Source of the DNA: Candidatus Micrarchaeota archaeon
GTDB lineage: Archaea; Micrarchaeota; Micrarchaeia; Anstonellales; Bilamarchaeaceae
Direction: 5' to 3'
Assembly (NCBI GenBank): GCA_043827025.1
Contig: JBDRPL010000019.1
Location: 32,001-96,000, forward strand
DNA: 64,000 bases
Of this stretch, positions 27,791 to 37,279 are shown one piece after another. The notes under the pieces were generated by a model that was given only the letters and a program-made list of their open reading frames with translations, did not search any database and had not been told where the DNA came from. The stretch's first letter is position 1. Each line of letters opens with the position of its first letter. Both the position numbers and the translations under genes were made by a program.

Positions 27791-29011
27791 ATGAAAATCA
27801 AATCGATCTTTGCAAGGGAAATCCTGGATTCAAGAGGCAATCCTACTGTTGAAGTGGATCTGACAACTGACAAAGGATTCGGAAGGGGCGTTGCTCCATC
27901 AGGCGCATCAACTGGTGCATATGAGGCTGTTGAACTGAGGGATATAAGCAAAAGATATCTTGGCAAAGGCGTCCAAAGGGCAGTTGATAATGTCAATATA
28001 ACAATTGCAAAGGAAGCAAAAGGCAAGGACTTCGAAGAACAGGAAGATTTTGATAATTTCATGCTTAAACTTGACGGTACGTTCAACAAATCGAATCTTG
28101 GAGGCAATGCAATTGTTGCAACTTCCATGGCATTTGCAAGGGCGCATGCCTGCGAAGAAGGAAAGACGGTGTGGCAGCATTTCGGAGGCAAGAGGATACC
28201 TCAGCCGATGTTCAATGTCCTCAATGGAGGAAAGCACGCCGGCGGAAAACTTTCGATCCAGGAATTCATGATAATGCCAAAAGGAAAAAATTACAAGGAA
28301 ACCCTTAGGATGGCAAGCGAGATTTATCATATTCTGGGAAAGCAATTGGTGAAAAAATATGGCCCGAGTTCTAAAAACGTTGGGGATGAAGGCGGTTATG
28401 CACCACAGCTTGAATCGTGCGAGGAGGCCTTAATCGCAATAATGGATGCAGTTGAAGAATCGGGCTACAAAAACGAAACAACTCTCTGTTTAGATTCAGC
28501 AGCAAGCTCTTTCTATGATGGAGTGAGAAAAACCTATCTGCTGGATGGCAAGGAGCAGTCCTCCGATTATCTTTTGGAGTATTATCTTGAATTAGTGAAA
28601 AAATACCCTATTGTAAGCATAGAAGACCCGTTCGATGAGAATGATTTTGATAGTTTTGCCATACTTACAAAAAAGCTTGGGAAGAAGGCGCAGGTTGTTG
28701 GCGATGATCTTCTAGTAACAAATCCAAAAAGGATCAAGGAGGGAATTGAAAAGAAATCCTGCAATTCTCTTCTTCTCAAATTGAATCAGATAGGCACTGT
28801 CACAGAAGCATTGCATGCGGCTGAGATGTGCAGGGACAATAAGTGGACTATTGTAGTGAGCCATAGATCCGGTGAGACAGAAGATGCGTTCATCGCTGAT
28901 TTTTCAGTTGGGATAAATTCAGAATATATAAAAACAGGATCCTGTGCAAGGGGCGAAAGGACTGCGAAATACAACCAGCTTCTTAGGATATTCGAGGCAG
29001 TTGACAAATGA
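27791..29011 (+). CDS. eno: Enolase
   Basis: AREILDSRGNPTVEV, PSGASTG, GDEGG, LLKLNQIGT, SHRSGET, ERTAKYNQL. Confidence 0.98.
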   Translation: MKIKSIFAREILDSRGNPTVEVDLTTDKGFGRGVAPSGASTGAYEAVELRDISKRYLGKGVQRAVDNVNITIAKEAKGKDFEEQEDFDNFMLKLDGTFNKSNLGGNAIVATSMAFARAHACEEGKTVWQHFGGKRIPQPMFNVLNGGKHAGGKLSIQEFMIMPKGKNYKETLRMASEIYHILGKQLVKKYGPSSKNVGDEGGYAPQLESCEEALIAIMDAVEESGYKNETTLCLDSAASSFYDGVRKTYLLDGKEQSSDYLLEYYLELVKKYPIVSIEDPFDENDFDSFAILTKKLGKKAQVVGDDLLVTNPKRIKEGIEKKSCNSLLLKLNQIGTVTEALHAAEMCRDNKWTIVVSHRSGETEDAFIADFSVGINSEYIKTGSCARGERTAKYNQLLRIFEAVDK

Positions 29012-29397
29012 TTCTGATAACTATCCTGAGGTTTTTGGGTGCAATAGTTTCAGCAATCGGAACTTTGCTGGTTTTTCTAGGCGCGCTTGGCTCACCTGAA
29101 TTAATGTTCACAGGTGTTTCACTAATCATGATCACAGCTGCATTCGATGTCTTGACTGTGAAATATGAAAATAAGAAGAAACTGGAAAAGATAAGCAATG
29201 ATTTTGTGAATTGGGCAGGAATGCAGTTCGCGATTCCAGCATTGATTTTGCTTCTTTACTTTCTCTCATCCGACCGCGAGCTTCTTGTTCTGGCGCTTGC
29301 ATTTGGGATAATGTCTTTCTTCAACGTTGCTGCGAATACGGTAAAGGTTTATATTTCCGAGAATTCATTGGAAAAAACACGTGCAATTCCGAAATAA
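29008..29397 (+). CDS. Hypothetical membrane protein
   Basis: About four hydrophobic segments; ATG lies at the end of the eno frame. Confidence 0.65.
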   Translation: MILITILRFLGAIVSAIGTLLVFLGALGSPELMFTGVSLIMITAAFDVLTVKYENKKKLEKISNDFVNWAGMQFAIPALILLLYFLSSDRELLVLALAFGIMSFFNVAANTVKVYISENSLEKTRAIPK

Positions 29398-29462
29398 AGC
29401 AATTTAAACCTTTTTACCTAAATAGAATATAAAAATCAGATAATATTTACCTTTAATCACGA

Positions 29463-31196
29463 GTGAGCTTGATGGTCGACTATAGAAAACCGAATCCCAT
29501 AGACGCAAAGACGTATTATAAACTTGGAAACGACCACTACGAGAAGGGGGATTACGAGAAGGCAATTGAAAACTATAATATGGCAATACTTCTGAATCCT
29601 GTTTTTTCCGAGGCATATTTCAATAGGGCATTGAGCGCATACCAGCTCAAGAATTTCGACAAGTCCATCCAGGACTACATGAAATCCGCCGAGCTTGACC
29701 CCCAGAATCCTATTATATACAATAACCGGGGAGATGCATACTACAGGAATCAGGACTATCAGAATGCGATAAAGGACTATGATAAGGCAATTTCATTGAA
29801 TCCAGATTATCTCAAGGCCTTCTATAATAGGGGCCTTTCATATGCTTCGATCGAGGAATATGAACGGGCGATAGAGGACTTTACTAAAGTAATAAGCATG
29901 AAGGATGATTTTGCAGAAGCATATCACCTGAGGGGACTGGCATATGAATATGCAGGCGATCTGGAGTCTGCAGTAAAGGATTATGAAAAGGCATTGGCAT
30001 TGAATCCTGATCTTTCAGAAGCAAAGGCTCATCTTGAATCTGTGAAGTCAAAGATGTCTCAGGAGGGTAAATCTACCACGACCGGCGATTCCAAGGCAGG
30101 GGCAGGAGACATAAAGATGCTCGAGAAGCCTAACATGACTTTCAATGATGTTGCAGGTATGGAAGAGATGAAAAATGAGATCAGGGAAGCAGTTGTTTAT
30201 CCTTTGGCTAATCCTGAGCTTGCTAGGAAATATGGTAAGCTTGGAGGAGGCGGAATACTGATGTACGGGCCTCCGGGTTGCGGTAAAACTTTCATCACAA
30301 AGGCTGCTGCAGGCGAATGCAAGGCTGGATTCATAAATGCAAAGCTTTCTGATTTACTTGACATGTATGTAGGTAATACTGAAAAGAACATCCACAAGGT
30401 TTTTGAGCTTGGAAGAAAGAATGTCCCATGTATGCTTTTCTTTGACGAAGTGGATGCTATTGGGGGAAGAAGGGATGCGCAGGAAGGCCAGCAGTACATG
30501 AAGATGGCCGTCAATCAGATGCTTTATGAGATGGATGGTGTTGAGGCGCACAATGACAATGTTCTTATCATTGCAGCAACAAATGCCCCATGGGATGTTG
30601 ATCCTGCCCTCAGACGAAGCGGCCGTTTTTCAAAAACGATTTACGTTCCTGAGCCAGATCTCACTTCAAGGTTTGAAATACTCAAATTGCATTCAAGGAA
30701 AAGACCTATAGTGAAAGGAATACCCTTCCGCAGGCTTGCATATGCCACTGAAGGTTATGCGTCCGCTGATCTCAAGGCAGTTGTTGAAGAAGCTGCTGGT
30801 TACCCATGGAGAGAAGCCTTCCATGCCATTGACAAGAAAACAAAGCAGTATATTGCACAGGGAATGGATCCCAAGCAGGCTGAAGAAAAAGCCAAGCAGG
30901 ACGTTCAGCAGAGACCAATAACCAGGTATGATTTTGTCAGGGCCGTCCAGAAGAAAAAGTCTTCTTTGCCTCCATGGTATGCTCAGGCGAAGAAGCAGAT
31001 AGGCAAGCAGGAAGAAGTTACAATTATAGATGGCAAGGAGCACAAGAAAGTCACTGAAAGCAAGATGGCTCTTGCTGAAAAAGAAGCTTTCAAGAGATTG
31101 CTGGACGTTATAAACTCAAGAAATGGATTCGTCCGTAAGGTAAGGATGTTCCTGGCTAAATATGTTTTCCTTGGACTTGCGATGCTTCCAATATAA
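29463..31196 (+). CDS. TPR-repeat plus single AAA+ ATPase domain protein
   Basis: About five TPRs; Walker A GPPGCGKT; Walker B LFFDEVD; SRH ATNAPWDVDPALRRSGRF; hydrophobic C-terminus. Start GTG 29463 or ATG 29472. Confidence 0.9.
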   Translation: MSLMVDYRKPNPIDAKTYYKLGNDHYEKGDYEKAIENYNMAILLNPVFSEAYFNRALSAYQLKNFDKSIQDYMKSAELDPQNPIIYNNRGDAYYRNQDYQNAIKDYDKAISLNPDYLKAFYNRGLSYASIEEYERAIEDFTKVISMKDDFAEAYHLRGLAYEYAGDLESAVKDYEKALALNPDLSEAKAHLESVKSKMSQEGKSTTTGDSKAGAGDIKMLEKPNMTFNDVAGMEEMKNEIREAVVYPLANPELARKYGKLGGGGILMYGPPGCGKTFITKAAAGECKAGFINAKLSDLLDMYVGNTEKNIHKVFELGRKNVPCMLFFDEVDAIGGRRDAQEGQQYMKMAVNQMLYEMDGVEAHNDNVLIIAATNAPWDVDPALRRSGRFSKTIYVPEPDLTSRFEILKLHSRKRPIVKGIPFRRLAYATEGYASADLKAVVEEAAGYPWREAFHAIDKKTKQYIAQGMDPKQAEEKAKQDVQQRPITRYDFVRAVQKKKSSLPPWYAQAKKQIGKQEEVTIIDGKEHKKVTESKMALAEKEAFKRLLDVINSRNGFVRKVRMFLAKYVFLGLAMLPI

Positions 31197-31212
31197 AATG
31201 AGTTTTCTATTT

Positions 31213-31653
31213 TTAGCTTTTCCTTCTTATGACTACTCCTATACTTTCTGATTTTATCTCCATGTTTATCTTTCCGTTGCCGATATTCTCAAAAGAAGTT
31301 TGATCCTCGATTTTGATTGGGTATTTTGCAGTTTCAGAAATGTCGCTTTCACCCTCTCTGGTCATTAACTTGATAGTTATTTCTGATCCTTTTCCTATGT
31401 TGATGAAGGTGATGCTTTCTGCGTTCTTTGGAAGATAAATCTCTAGGTCTGCAGATGAGCCCTCGCCAAGGTTTCCGACGCTGTTGACCATGTTTGCAAT
31501 CCTTGATGCTGCAAGTTGAGCCTGATTGGCCAGCAAAGTTTCTTCTGTATCACTGGCTTTCATATAGACCGTAACTATTATTGGTATGAATATAACCATT
31601 ATCGCAGCGATTATTATTATAAGCTCTGTGCTAACTTGCCCTTTTCTTGCCAT
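31213..31653 (-). CDS. Class III signal peptide (pilin-like) protein
   Basis: MARKG/QVSTE followed by a hydrophobic helix. Confidence 0.8.
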   Translation of the reverse strand: MARKGQVSTELIIIIAAIMVIFIPIIVTVYMKASDTEETLLANQAQLAASRIANMVNSVGNLGEGSSADLEIYLPKNAESITFINIGKGSEITIKLMTREGESDISETAKYPIKIEDQTSFENIGNGKINMEIKSESIGVVIRRKS

Positions 31654-31662
31654 ATTACATTC

Positions 31663-32724
31663 CTACCTTTTCTTACTAAGTACTATATTTACTTCATCTA
31701 TAATCTTTTTAATTGCATCACCAAAGCTGTAATCTTCAGCAGACACGACTGTTGTCTTTCCATTTGCTTCTATGTGCAGCTTTGCCTCATAAACTGATTT
31801 TCCTTTTTTCACATGGAGACTGATCCTGCCAATTTTTATCGAAGTCCTGAATTTCTCTATCGTATGCTCCAGCCTTTCCTTTATCATTTCATAGTATTGT
31901 TTCTGTTCTTCGTCAAGCCCGCTGACCTCTATTTCAATCTTATCTTTAGAGTCGCTGGATATCCTCTTGAATATGTCTGTTGCGCTTATGACTCCGACTG
32001 CTTTTTTGGCTTTGAGCACAATCATGGAGGAAACAGTCCTCTCGACCATTTTCCTTGCAGCATCTTCAAGCATGGCACTGTCCTCTATGGTTGCCACCAC
32101 ATCTCGGAGGATATGGGAAAGAGGTTCAGAATCCCTCTTTTCTATCTCGGAAAACATCTCGCCTGAATCCCTTTCCTTAGCAGTAAGCGATTCTACTGAA
32201 AGATCAAATGTTGATACTATTCCATGCGGGTAACCATCCTTTGTTATCAGAACCTTGTGCGTTTTATTCTCTTTCATTACTCTTTTTACAGCTCCTATAC
32301 TTTCTTTGTAGTCAATGGAGTAAACCGGAGAATTCATAATTTCTTTGACACTGACTTTTGGAACTAACCTTGCTTTCATGAGCTCTTCAACCAAATCTGT
32401 TCTTGTTGTTATTCCTTTTGGTTTTTCTCTTGCATCTAATATTGGAATCGCCTTGAAATGCCCTGCAAGGAACGCATTCAGCTTTTCAAGCATTGATGCG
32501 TTTTCGCTTATATGGGGCGCCTTTATGCAGACGGAGCTGCATTTTGTTTTGCTTGGATCAGTTATGCCTGTTCTTAGGTTTCGATCATCAATTATTCCAT
32601 AATATCTGCCTTCTTTGGTGACTATTGTTGCAGTTCCTTCTCTTAGCATGTCATCCGTAACCCTTGAAAGGGGTTCATTTAAATCTACGATATTGGCTTC
32701 TTTCATAACAACATCTCCAAGCAT
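31663..32724 (-). CDS. Four-CBS-domain protein with C-terminal HPF/RaiA-like domain (putative ribosome hibernation factor)
   Basis: Four CBS repeats, then ~90 aa with a beta-alpha-beta-beta-beta-alpha pattern (IEVSG, ISLHVK, YEAKLHI, VVSAEDYSFGDAIKKIIDEV). Confidence 0.72.
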   Translation of the reverse strand: MLGDVVMKEANIVDLNEPLSRVTDDMLREGTATIVTKEGRYYGIIDDRNLRTGITDPSKTKCSSVCIKAPHISENASMLEKLNAFLAGHFKAIPILDAREKPKGITTRTDLVEELMKARLVPKVSVKEIMNSPVYSIDYKESIGAVKRVMKENKTHKVLITKDGYPHGIVSTFDLSVESLTAKERDSGEMFSEIEKRDSEPLSHILRDVVATIEDSAMLEDAARKMVERTVSSMIVLKAKKAVGVISATDIFKRISSDSKDKIEIEVSGLDEEQKQYYEMIKERLEHTIEKFRTSIKIGRISLHVKKGKSVYEAKLHIEANGKTTVVSAEDYSFGDAIKKIIDEVNIVLSKKR

Positions 32725-32808
32725 TTTATGCGATTTTTCAATCTGAAGTAATATGGAAGAATAACTTAATAAATAACTACGTGTATAATTGGTAAGGCGA
32801 TCCTGGCG

Positions 32809-33510
32809 ATGTCATTCAGTCTTGAAAAAATGGTTGAAAAGCCTACCTGGAAAGTGGTTTTGCTTGAACTTATTGCGTCAAAAGAGCTGGACCCATGGAA
32901 CATAGATTTGGTTGTTGTTTCAGACAGTTTCATAAAGAAAATAAAAGAGATGAAGAGCCTTGATTTTTTTCTTCCAGCGAACCTTATCCTAGCAGCCTCT
33001 ATTCTTCTGAGGTACAAAAGCGAACATATCCGCTTTCAAGATGATGTTCTTCCTGTTGAGGCTATGGGTGAGCCACTTGATTATGATTCTGAAAGTTCTA
33101 GTATTCCAGAACTAATGCTCTCTTCAAGAATACCTCCAAGAAGGCAAATTACGATGGAGGAGCTGATGCTGGAAATAGAGAAGGCTATGAAATATGATAC
33201 TACTGAAAGGGTAGTGCACCACAAGGGTGGCATAATTGATTTTGTTGATTTGAATATAAACAAGTTCGATATAGAAAAGAAGATGGAAGAGATTCTGGAA
33301 TCTGTCAAAGAGAATGTGGATTCAGAAGGCTTTGCCTTGTTTTCCAAGATGGTGGATGGAAAGAAGAATCTCGAAGTCATTTATTCCCTGCTTTCACTGC
33401 TCCATTTGACTCAAAAGGAGAAGATCGATTTGATACAGGATGAGCTCTTTGGTGAGATACTGGTTAGATTGAAAGGAGAAAAAGTGGATTTTACTGCTAG
33501 TGCTGAATAA
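32809..33510 (+). CDS. scpA: Segregation and condensation protein A (kleisin)
   Basis: ELDPWNIDL, LAASILLRYKS, RRQITMEEL, LLHL...QDELFGEI. Confidence 0.9.
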   Translation: MSFSLEKMVEKPTWKVVLLELIASKELDPWNIDLVVVSDSFIKKIKEMKSLDFFLPANLILAASILLRYKSEHIRFQDDVLPVEAMGEPLDYDSESSSIPELMLSSRIPPRRQITMEELMLEIEKAMKYDTTERVVHHKGGIIDFVDLNINKFDIEKKMEEILESVKENVDSEGFALFSKMVDGKKNLEVIYSLLSLLHLTQKEKIDLIQDELFGEILVRLKGEKVDFTASAE

Positions 33511-33549
33511 TTAAAATAAGATAATAAGATTAAGAATAGAAAAAAAAGA

Positions 33550-33912
33550 TTAATGTCTGATCTTTGGCTTTGTCTTGATGATCTTAACATTTGCAGGTGT
33601 TAATATTACCGTATCCTGTGCCAAGAGAGCTATGTCGCCGTTTATTTTTGTAGAGTATGTCTTCAATTTGGAGATGATTGTCTTCAATCTGTTTGGTTGC
33701 TTTGACAGATGAACCAAGTTAAGGATGATTATATTTTTGCTTGACAACTCTGATACTGTAAGGTCAGCATCCCCTTCGTTTCTTAATTCTATTCTCTTTA
33801 CATAGAAATCTGCTGGTGGATTTACGACGTCGCCGTCTGCATCCATGACTTCTTCAAGATCCGGTAATTCTCCTTCTGCCTCTTTTCCAAAAAATTTGTC
33901 TAAAAGTCCCAT
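33550..33912 (-). CDS. sepF: Cell division protein SepF
   Basis: Amphipathic N-terminus MGLLDKFFG; NIIILNL, GDIALL, VILTPANVKI. Confidence 0.85.
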   Translation of the reverse strand: MGLLDKFFGKEAEGELPDLEEVMDADGDVVNPPADFYVKRIELRNEGDADLTVSELSSKNIIILNLVHLSKQPNRLKTIISKLKTYSTKINGDIALLAQDTVILTPANVKIIKTKPKIRH

Positions 33913-33991
33913 GTGGTCACCCTTAATTGATGAATGTTAACTTAATTAAGAAGCAATTAGTTTTTAAATTTACTTCCGCAAACTTTTTAAC

Positions 33992-34903
33992 ATGCGTAAT
34001 GAAAAATCATCGAATAGGAATAATACTATCTATGGGACTGTTCTTATGCTGGCCCTTGGTTTCATAGTTCTAATAGGCTTGATGTTTGTTTTTTCAGATG
34101 GTTTTCACCTTGGGAAGAAGGGTTGCGTTGCAATAGTCAACATAAACCGCGAGATCACAGTAGAAAGCACTCCGCAATCGCTTTTTGTAGAATCTGTTCC
34201 TGGTTCAGAGGACATTGCGAATGCGATATACGGACTCAATGACCGCAATGATGTGGCTGCAGTCGTCTTTGTCATTAATTCTCCTGGTGGGTCTGTTGTT
34301 GGGAGCAGGGAAATTTATAATTCAGTTTTGAATCTTTCAAAGCCAAAGGTTGGCTATTTTAGGGAAGTTGCTGCTTCAGGTGCATATTACATCGCTACTC
34401 CTCTTCAATACATTGTTTCAGATCCTGCTGCCCTTACTGGCAACATAGGTGCTGTGACAACCTTTGCGGATCTAAGCAGTCTTTTTGAAAAAATAGGGAT
34501 GAATGTGACTTCCATAACCTCTGGAGAAATGAAAGATATTGGTTCTCCTTCAAGACCGATGACTGATGATGAACGTTCTTTAATGCAACAGGTTGCAATG
34601 GAGGCGTTCGAGGATTTTAAGGCAGTTATATTGAAGAATCGCGGCTCCAAGCTCAACATGGCGAAATTTGATGTCATTTTGGATGGCCGGGTGGTGACAG
34701 GCAAAATGGCAAAAGACATAGGGCTTGTTGATCAAATCGGCACAAAGCAGGATGCCATAAACAAGGCAAAGGAGCTTGCAGGGTTGCCAGAGGAAGCTTT
34801 GATATGTAATATTGATCTTGGAGGTGGCAAAGGAGGATTATTCAGTACGGGTTCGTTGCTTGACACATTTCACATCCAGAAGATGGAGCTGAAGTTTCAA
34901 TGA
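33992..34903 (+). CDS. sppA: Signal peptide peptidase SppA (S49)
   Basis: N-terminal TM; INSPGG, AASGAYYIA, TGNIG, SGEMKD, GLVDQIG. Confidence 0.93.
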   Translation: MRNEKSSNRNNTIYGTVLMLALGFIVLIGLMFVFSDGFHLGKKGCVAIVNINREITVESTPQSLFVESVPGSEDIANAIYGLNDRNDVAAVVFVINSPGGSVVGSREIYNSVLNLSKPKVGYFREVAASGAYYIATPLQYIVSDPAALTGNIGAVTTFADLSSLFEKIGMNVTSITSGEMKDIGSPSRPMTDDERSLMQQVAMEAFEDFKAVILKNRGSKLNMAKFDVILDGRVVTGKMAKDIGLVDQIGTKQDAINKAKELAGLPEEALICNIDLGGGKGGLFSTGSLLDTFHIQKMELKFQ

Positions 34904-35295
34904 AGAAATATGGCAGCGATAGAAAATCTATGCAAAAAGAAGAGGGTGATGATATGGTCAGGAAGCTCATAAAAAAATCAATACCTTATTTATTTGTCTT
35001 TTTTGTGCTTTCCATCGTGTTCTATTTTTTCGGATTTGGCAATCCATCCTCGGCTCCGGTTGCAAAACTAAATGATGCGAAAAGTGTCTGTACAGAAGGC
35101 GCAATGCAAAACTGCACCTACAATTCCTGTAATGGATACAGCCAATGTGAGAATGGCAAGTGGTCCTATTGTAAAATGAAACCTGTTTGCGTTCCAGGCT
35201 CGAAATCAAGTTGCACAGATAATGGCTGTGTCAATGGCTACAAGGTTTGCAATGATTGTGGCACAGATTATGGGGACTGCTTTGAGACTAACTAA
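34900..35295 (+). CDS. Small membrane-anchored Cys-rich protein
   Basis: One TM, then two repeats of C-x2-G-x3-C...C-x-G-x3-C...C. Confidence 0.65.
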   Translation: MKKYGSDRKSMQKEEGDDMVRKLIKKSIPYLFVFFVLSIVFYFFGFGNPSSAPVAKLNDAKSVCTEGAMQNCTYNSCNGYSQCENGKWSYCKMKPVCVPGSKSSCTDNGCVNGYKVCNDCGTDYGDCFETN

Positions 35296-36522
35296 TTAAA
35301 TCACAGTCTTTTGTTTTGTTGCCAGTTTTTTCGGAGCCCTTATCTTTCCAGTAGCTGTGAATTCAGCATATTTTGCTTTCATTTCTTGATCTAGGTTTGC
35401 AGCTATTCTTTCAGTTGCACCGAAGAATATCTTCACTCTGGTTCTGAAGCAGCTAACTTCCCTTGCAGCTTGTCTTATGGATTCCGGAGCCCTTTCATTT
35501 TCAGCAATTCTGTTCAGCTCTTTTAATGTTTGCGACCTGTAACAACGCCATAACAGACCCCTTTCTCTTGTTTCAATCATTGCCTTTATCACTGCAAGTG
35601 TGCCGTATTCAACGACTTCCTGCTGATGGTTAAATCCTAACAATTCATTGAGGATCCTTGCTTCTGCTAAGAATTTTGAATGATGATTTAACTCTCCGCT
35701 TTTTATGTTTTCAAGGTTAAGTATGACTCCCAGGGTTCCATAATAATTTCTTAATTCAGGAGCCACTCTTCTTTCAGTAGATATTTTCAGACATCTATCT
35801 GGCTTTTTGTTTGCAGCCCTTCCATTATCATTTTGTTCAACATGATTAATTATCGCATATTCAATGCTTTCTTGGGGGATTCCGAGATTTTCTGGCAACA
35901 GGTGCCTGTATCCATCATACATCCTTTCGCATTGTCTGATGAATCTTTCCCTGGCTTCCTGTCTTATATCCTCAGGAACACCTTCAGTCAATATCAGTTG
36001 GTGTATTTCTGATTCTTTATTGGCGGTTTCCAAAAGAAATCTGTACGTAGCTTTCTTCACCCTTGGCAAGGTATCTGATGCATTGGCAAATCTAGCTATT
36101 TTTTCGTATATGGGAGATGCACGCATTGGATCATGAGCTGCGTTATACTCTCTCTTGTATGTTTCTAAAAGTGCATATTGTACGGCTCTTCTCACTTTTT
36201 CTGATTTTGCTGATCTGGCAATTTTTTTTAATTGGCTTTCTATCCCTTCTTTTCTTATTCTTTCTATGGCCAGTATGACAATCTTTTCTTCAGCTTCTGG
36301 ACTTAGTCCTAGGATTCCTTTTATTTCTTCAAGTGCACCTACAATTGCATAAGCATTCATCTCTCTTATCAAAACTTCGGCCATTTCTAATTGTGTATCC
36401 TGGGAGAGAGTTTCATTCCTTAGCCTTAGGTAAGTACCTTCCATTCCTTTGCCATTACCTCCCAGAATGCCTAAAACCTCGCAACAATCTTGTATTTGTG
36501 TTATGCAATCACCCATATCCAA
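35296..36522 (-). CDS. Hypothetical, probably all-helical protein (orphan)
   Basis: 408-aa ORF with recurring P-x2-IR-x2-A helical motif and a basic C-terminal tail. Confidence 0.7.
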   Translation of the reverse strand: MDMGDCITQIQDCCEVLGILGGNGKGMEGTYLRLRNETLSQDTQLEMAEVLIREMNAYAIVGALEEIKGILGLSPEAEEKIVILAIERIRKEGIESQLKKIARSAKSEKVRRAVQYALLETYKREYNAAHDPMRASPIYEKIARFANASDTLPRVKKATYRFLLETANKESEIHQLILTEGVPEDIRQEARERFIRQCERMYDGYRHLLPENLGIPQESIEYAIINHVEQNDNGRAANKKPDRCLKISTERRVAPELRNYYGTLGVILNLENIKSGELNHHSKFLAEARILNELLGFNHQQEVVEYGTLAVIKAMIETRERGLLWRCYRSQTLKELNRIAENERAPESIRQAAREVSCFRTRVKIFFGATERIAANLDQEMKAKYAEFTATGKIRAPKKLATKQKTVI

Positions 36523-36682
36523 TAAAGTAAATTATTGTATTATCATAATTTGTGCTTATAAATGTTACTGTTGGTGGAAAAAAAAGACATTTATTTAAAA
36601 AAGCAGCCTTTTCCTGAGTAATTAGCCAAGGACCTTCTTCTTAGGATGTTATTTTTAAACCTTTCACGACAAACTCTAATTG

Positions 36683-37270
36683 ATGAAATCAAAAGGATTC
36701 ATATTCTCGCTAGATGCATTTGTAGCATTCACCCTGTCCCTAGTTGTCATTTCATCATTGATTTTCTTTTCAAGCATTCCTTCGGCGCATTATGCAACTC
36801 TCATGCAGGCGCATTATATCGCAAAGGATGCGCTTTTGGCGCTTTCAGCAACACCATGCGCTGATAAAATAGAATGTGGCGACAGTGTATCCCTTTTGAA
36901 CTATATTGTCATTAGAAAGGAGACTGAAGGCAGGCTCCAGCAGGGCATGGTCGATTCTTTTATAGGTAACTACATTCCTAAGCAATATGGCTATTCCCTG
37001 TCAATTTATGACAAGGACTCAGGAAACTGGAGGGAAATTTTCAAAGACGAACGAGGCAAAATTGACAGGCACGTAAGCGTTTCTGAATATTCCATGGTTC
37101 ATGATTTTAGATACTTCGTGAGCGCTCCGGCCAACATATATCAATACAAGACTTGCAACGGAGGCAAAAACATTGCCTGTAGCGAGAATCAAGTTATCTC
37201 AGAATACTGGGATGAGCTGTCCAAGAATAAATACGTGGTTCAGCTCATAAGGTTGGATGTGTTTATCTAG
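36683..37270 (+). CDS. Pilin-like protein, class III signal peptide
   Basis: MKSKG/FIFSLD followed by a hydrophobic helix. Confidence 0.75.
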   Translation: MKSKGFIFSLDAFVAFTLSLVVISSLIFFSSIPSAHYATLMQAHYIAKDALLALSATPCADKIECGDSVSLLNYIVIRKETEGRLQQGMVDSFIGNYIPKQYGYSLSIYDKDSGNWREIFKDERGKIDRHVSVSEYSMVHDFRYFVSAPANIYQYKTCNGGKNIACSENQVISEYWDELSKNKYVVQLIRLDVFI

Positions 37271-37279
37271 GTGTTTTAT

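Noticed and set aside
36625..36634. GCCAAGGACC matching the tRNA-Ser 3' end, as a possible att site
   Set aside because: Only 10 bp, plausible by chance; no integrase, and the interval is full of core genes.
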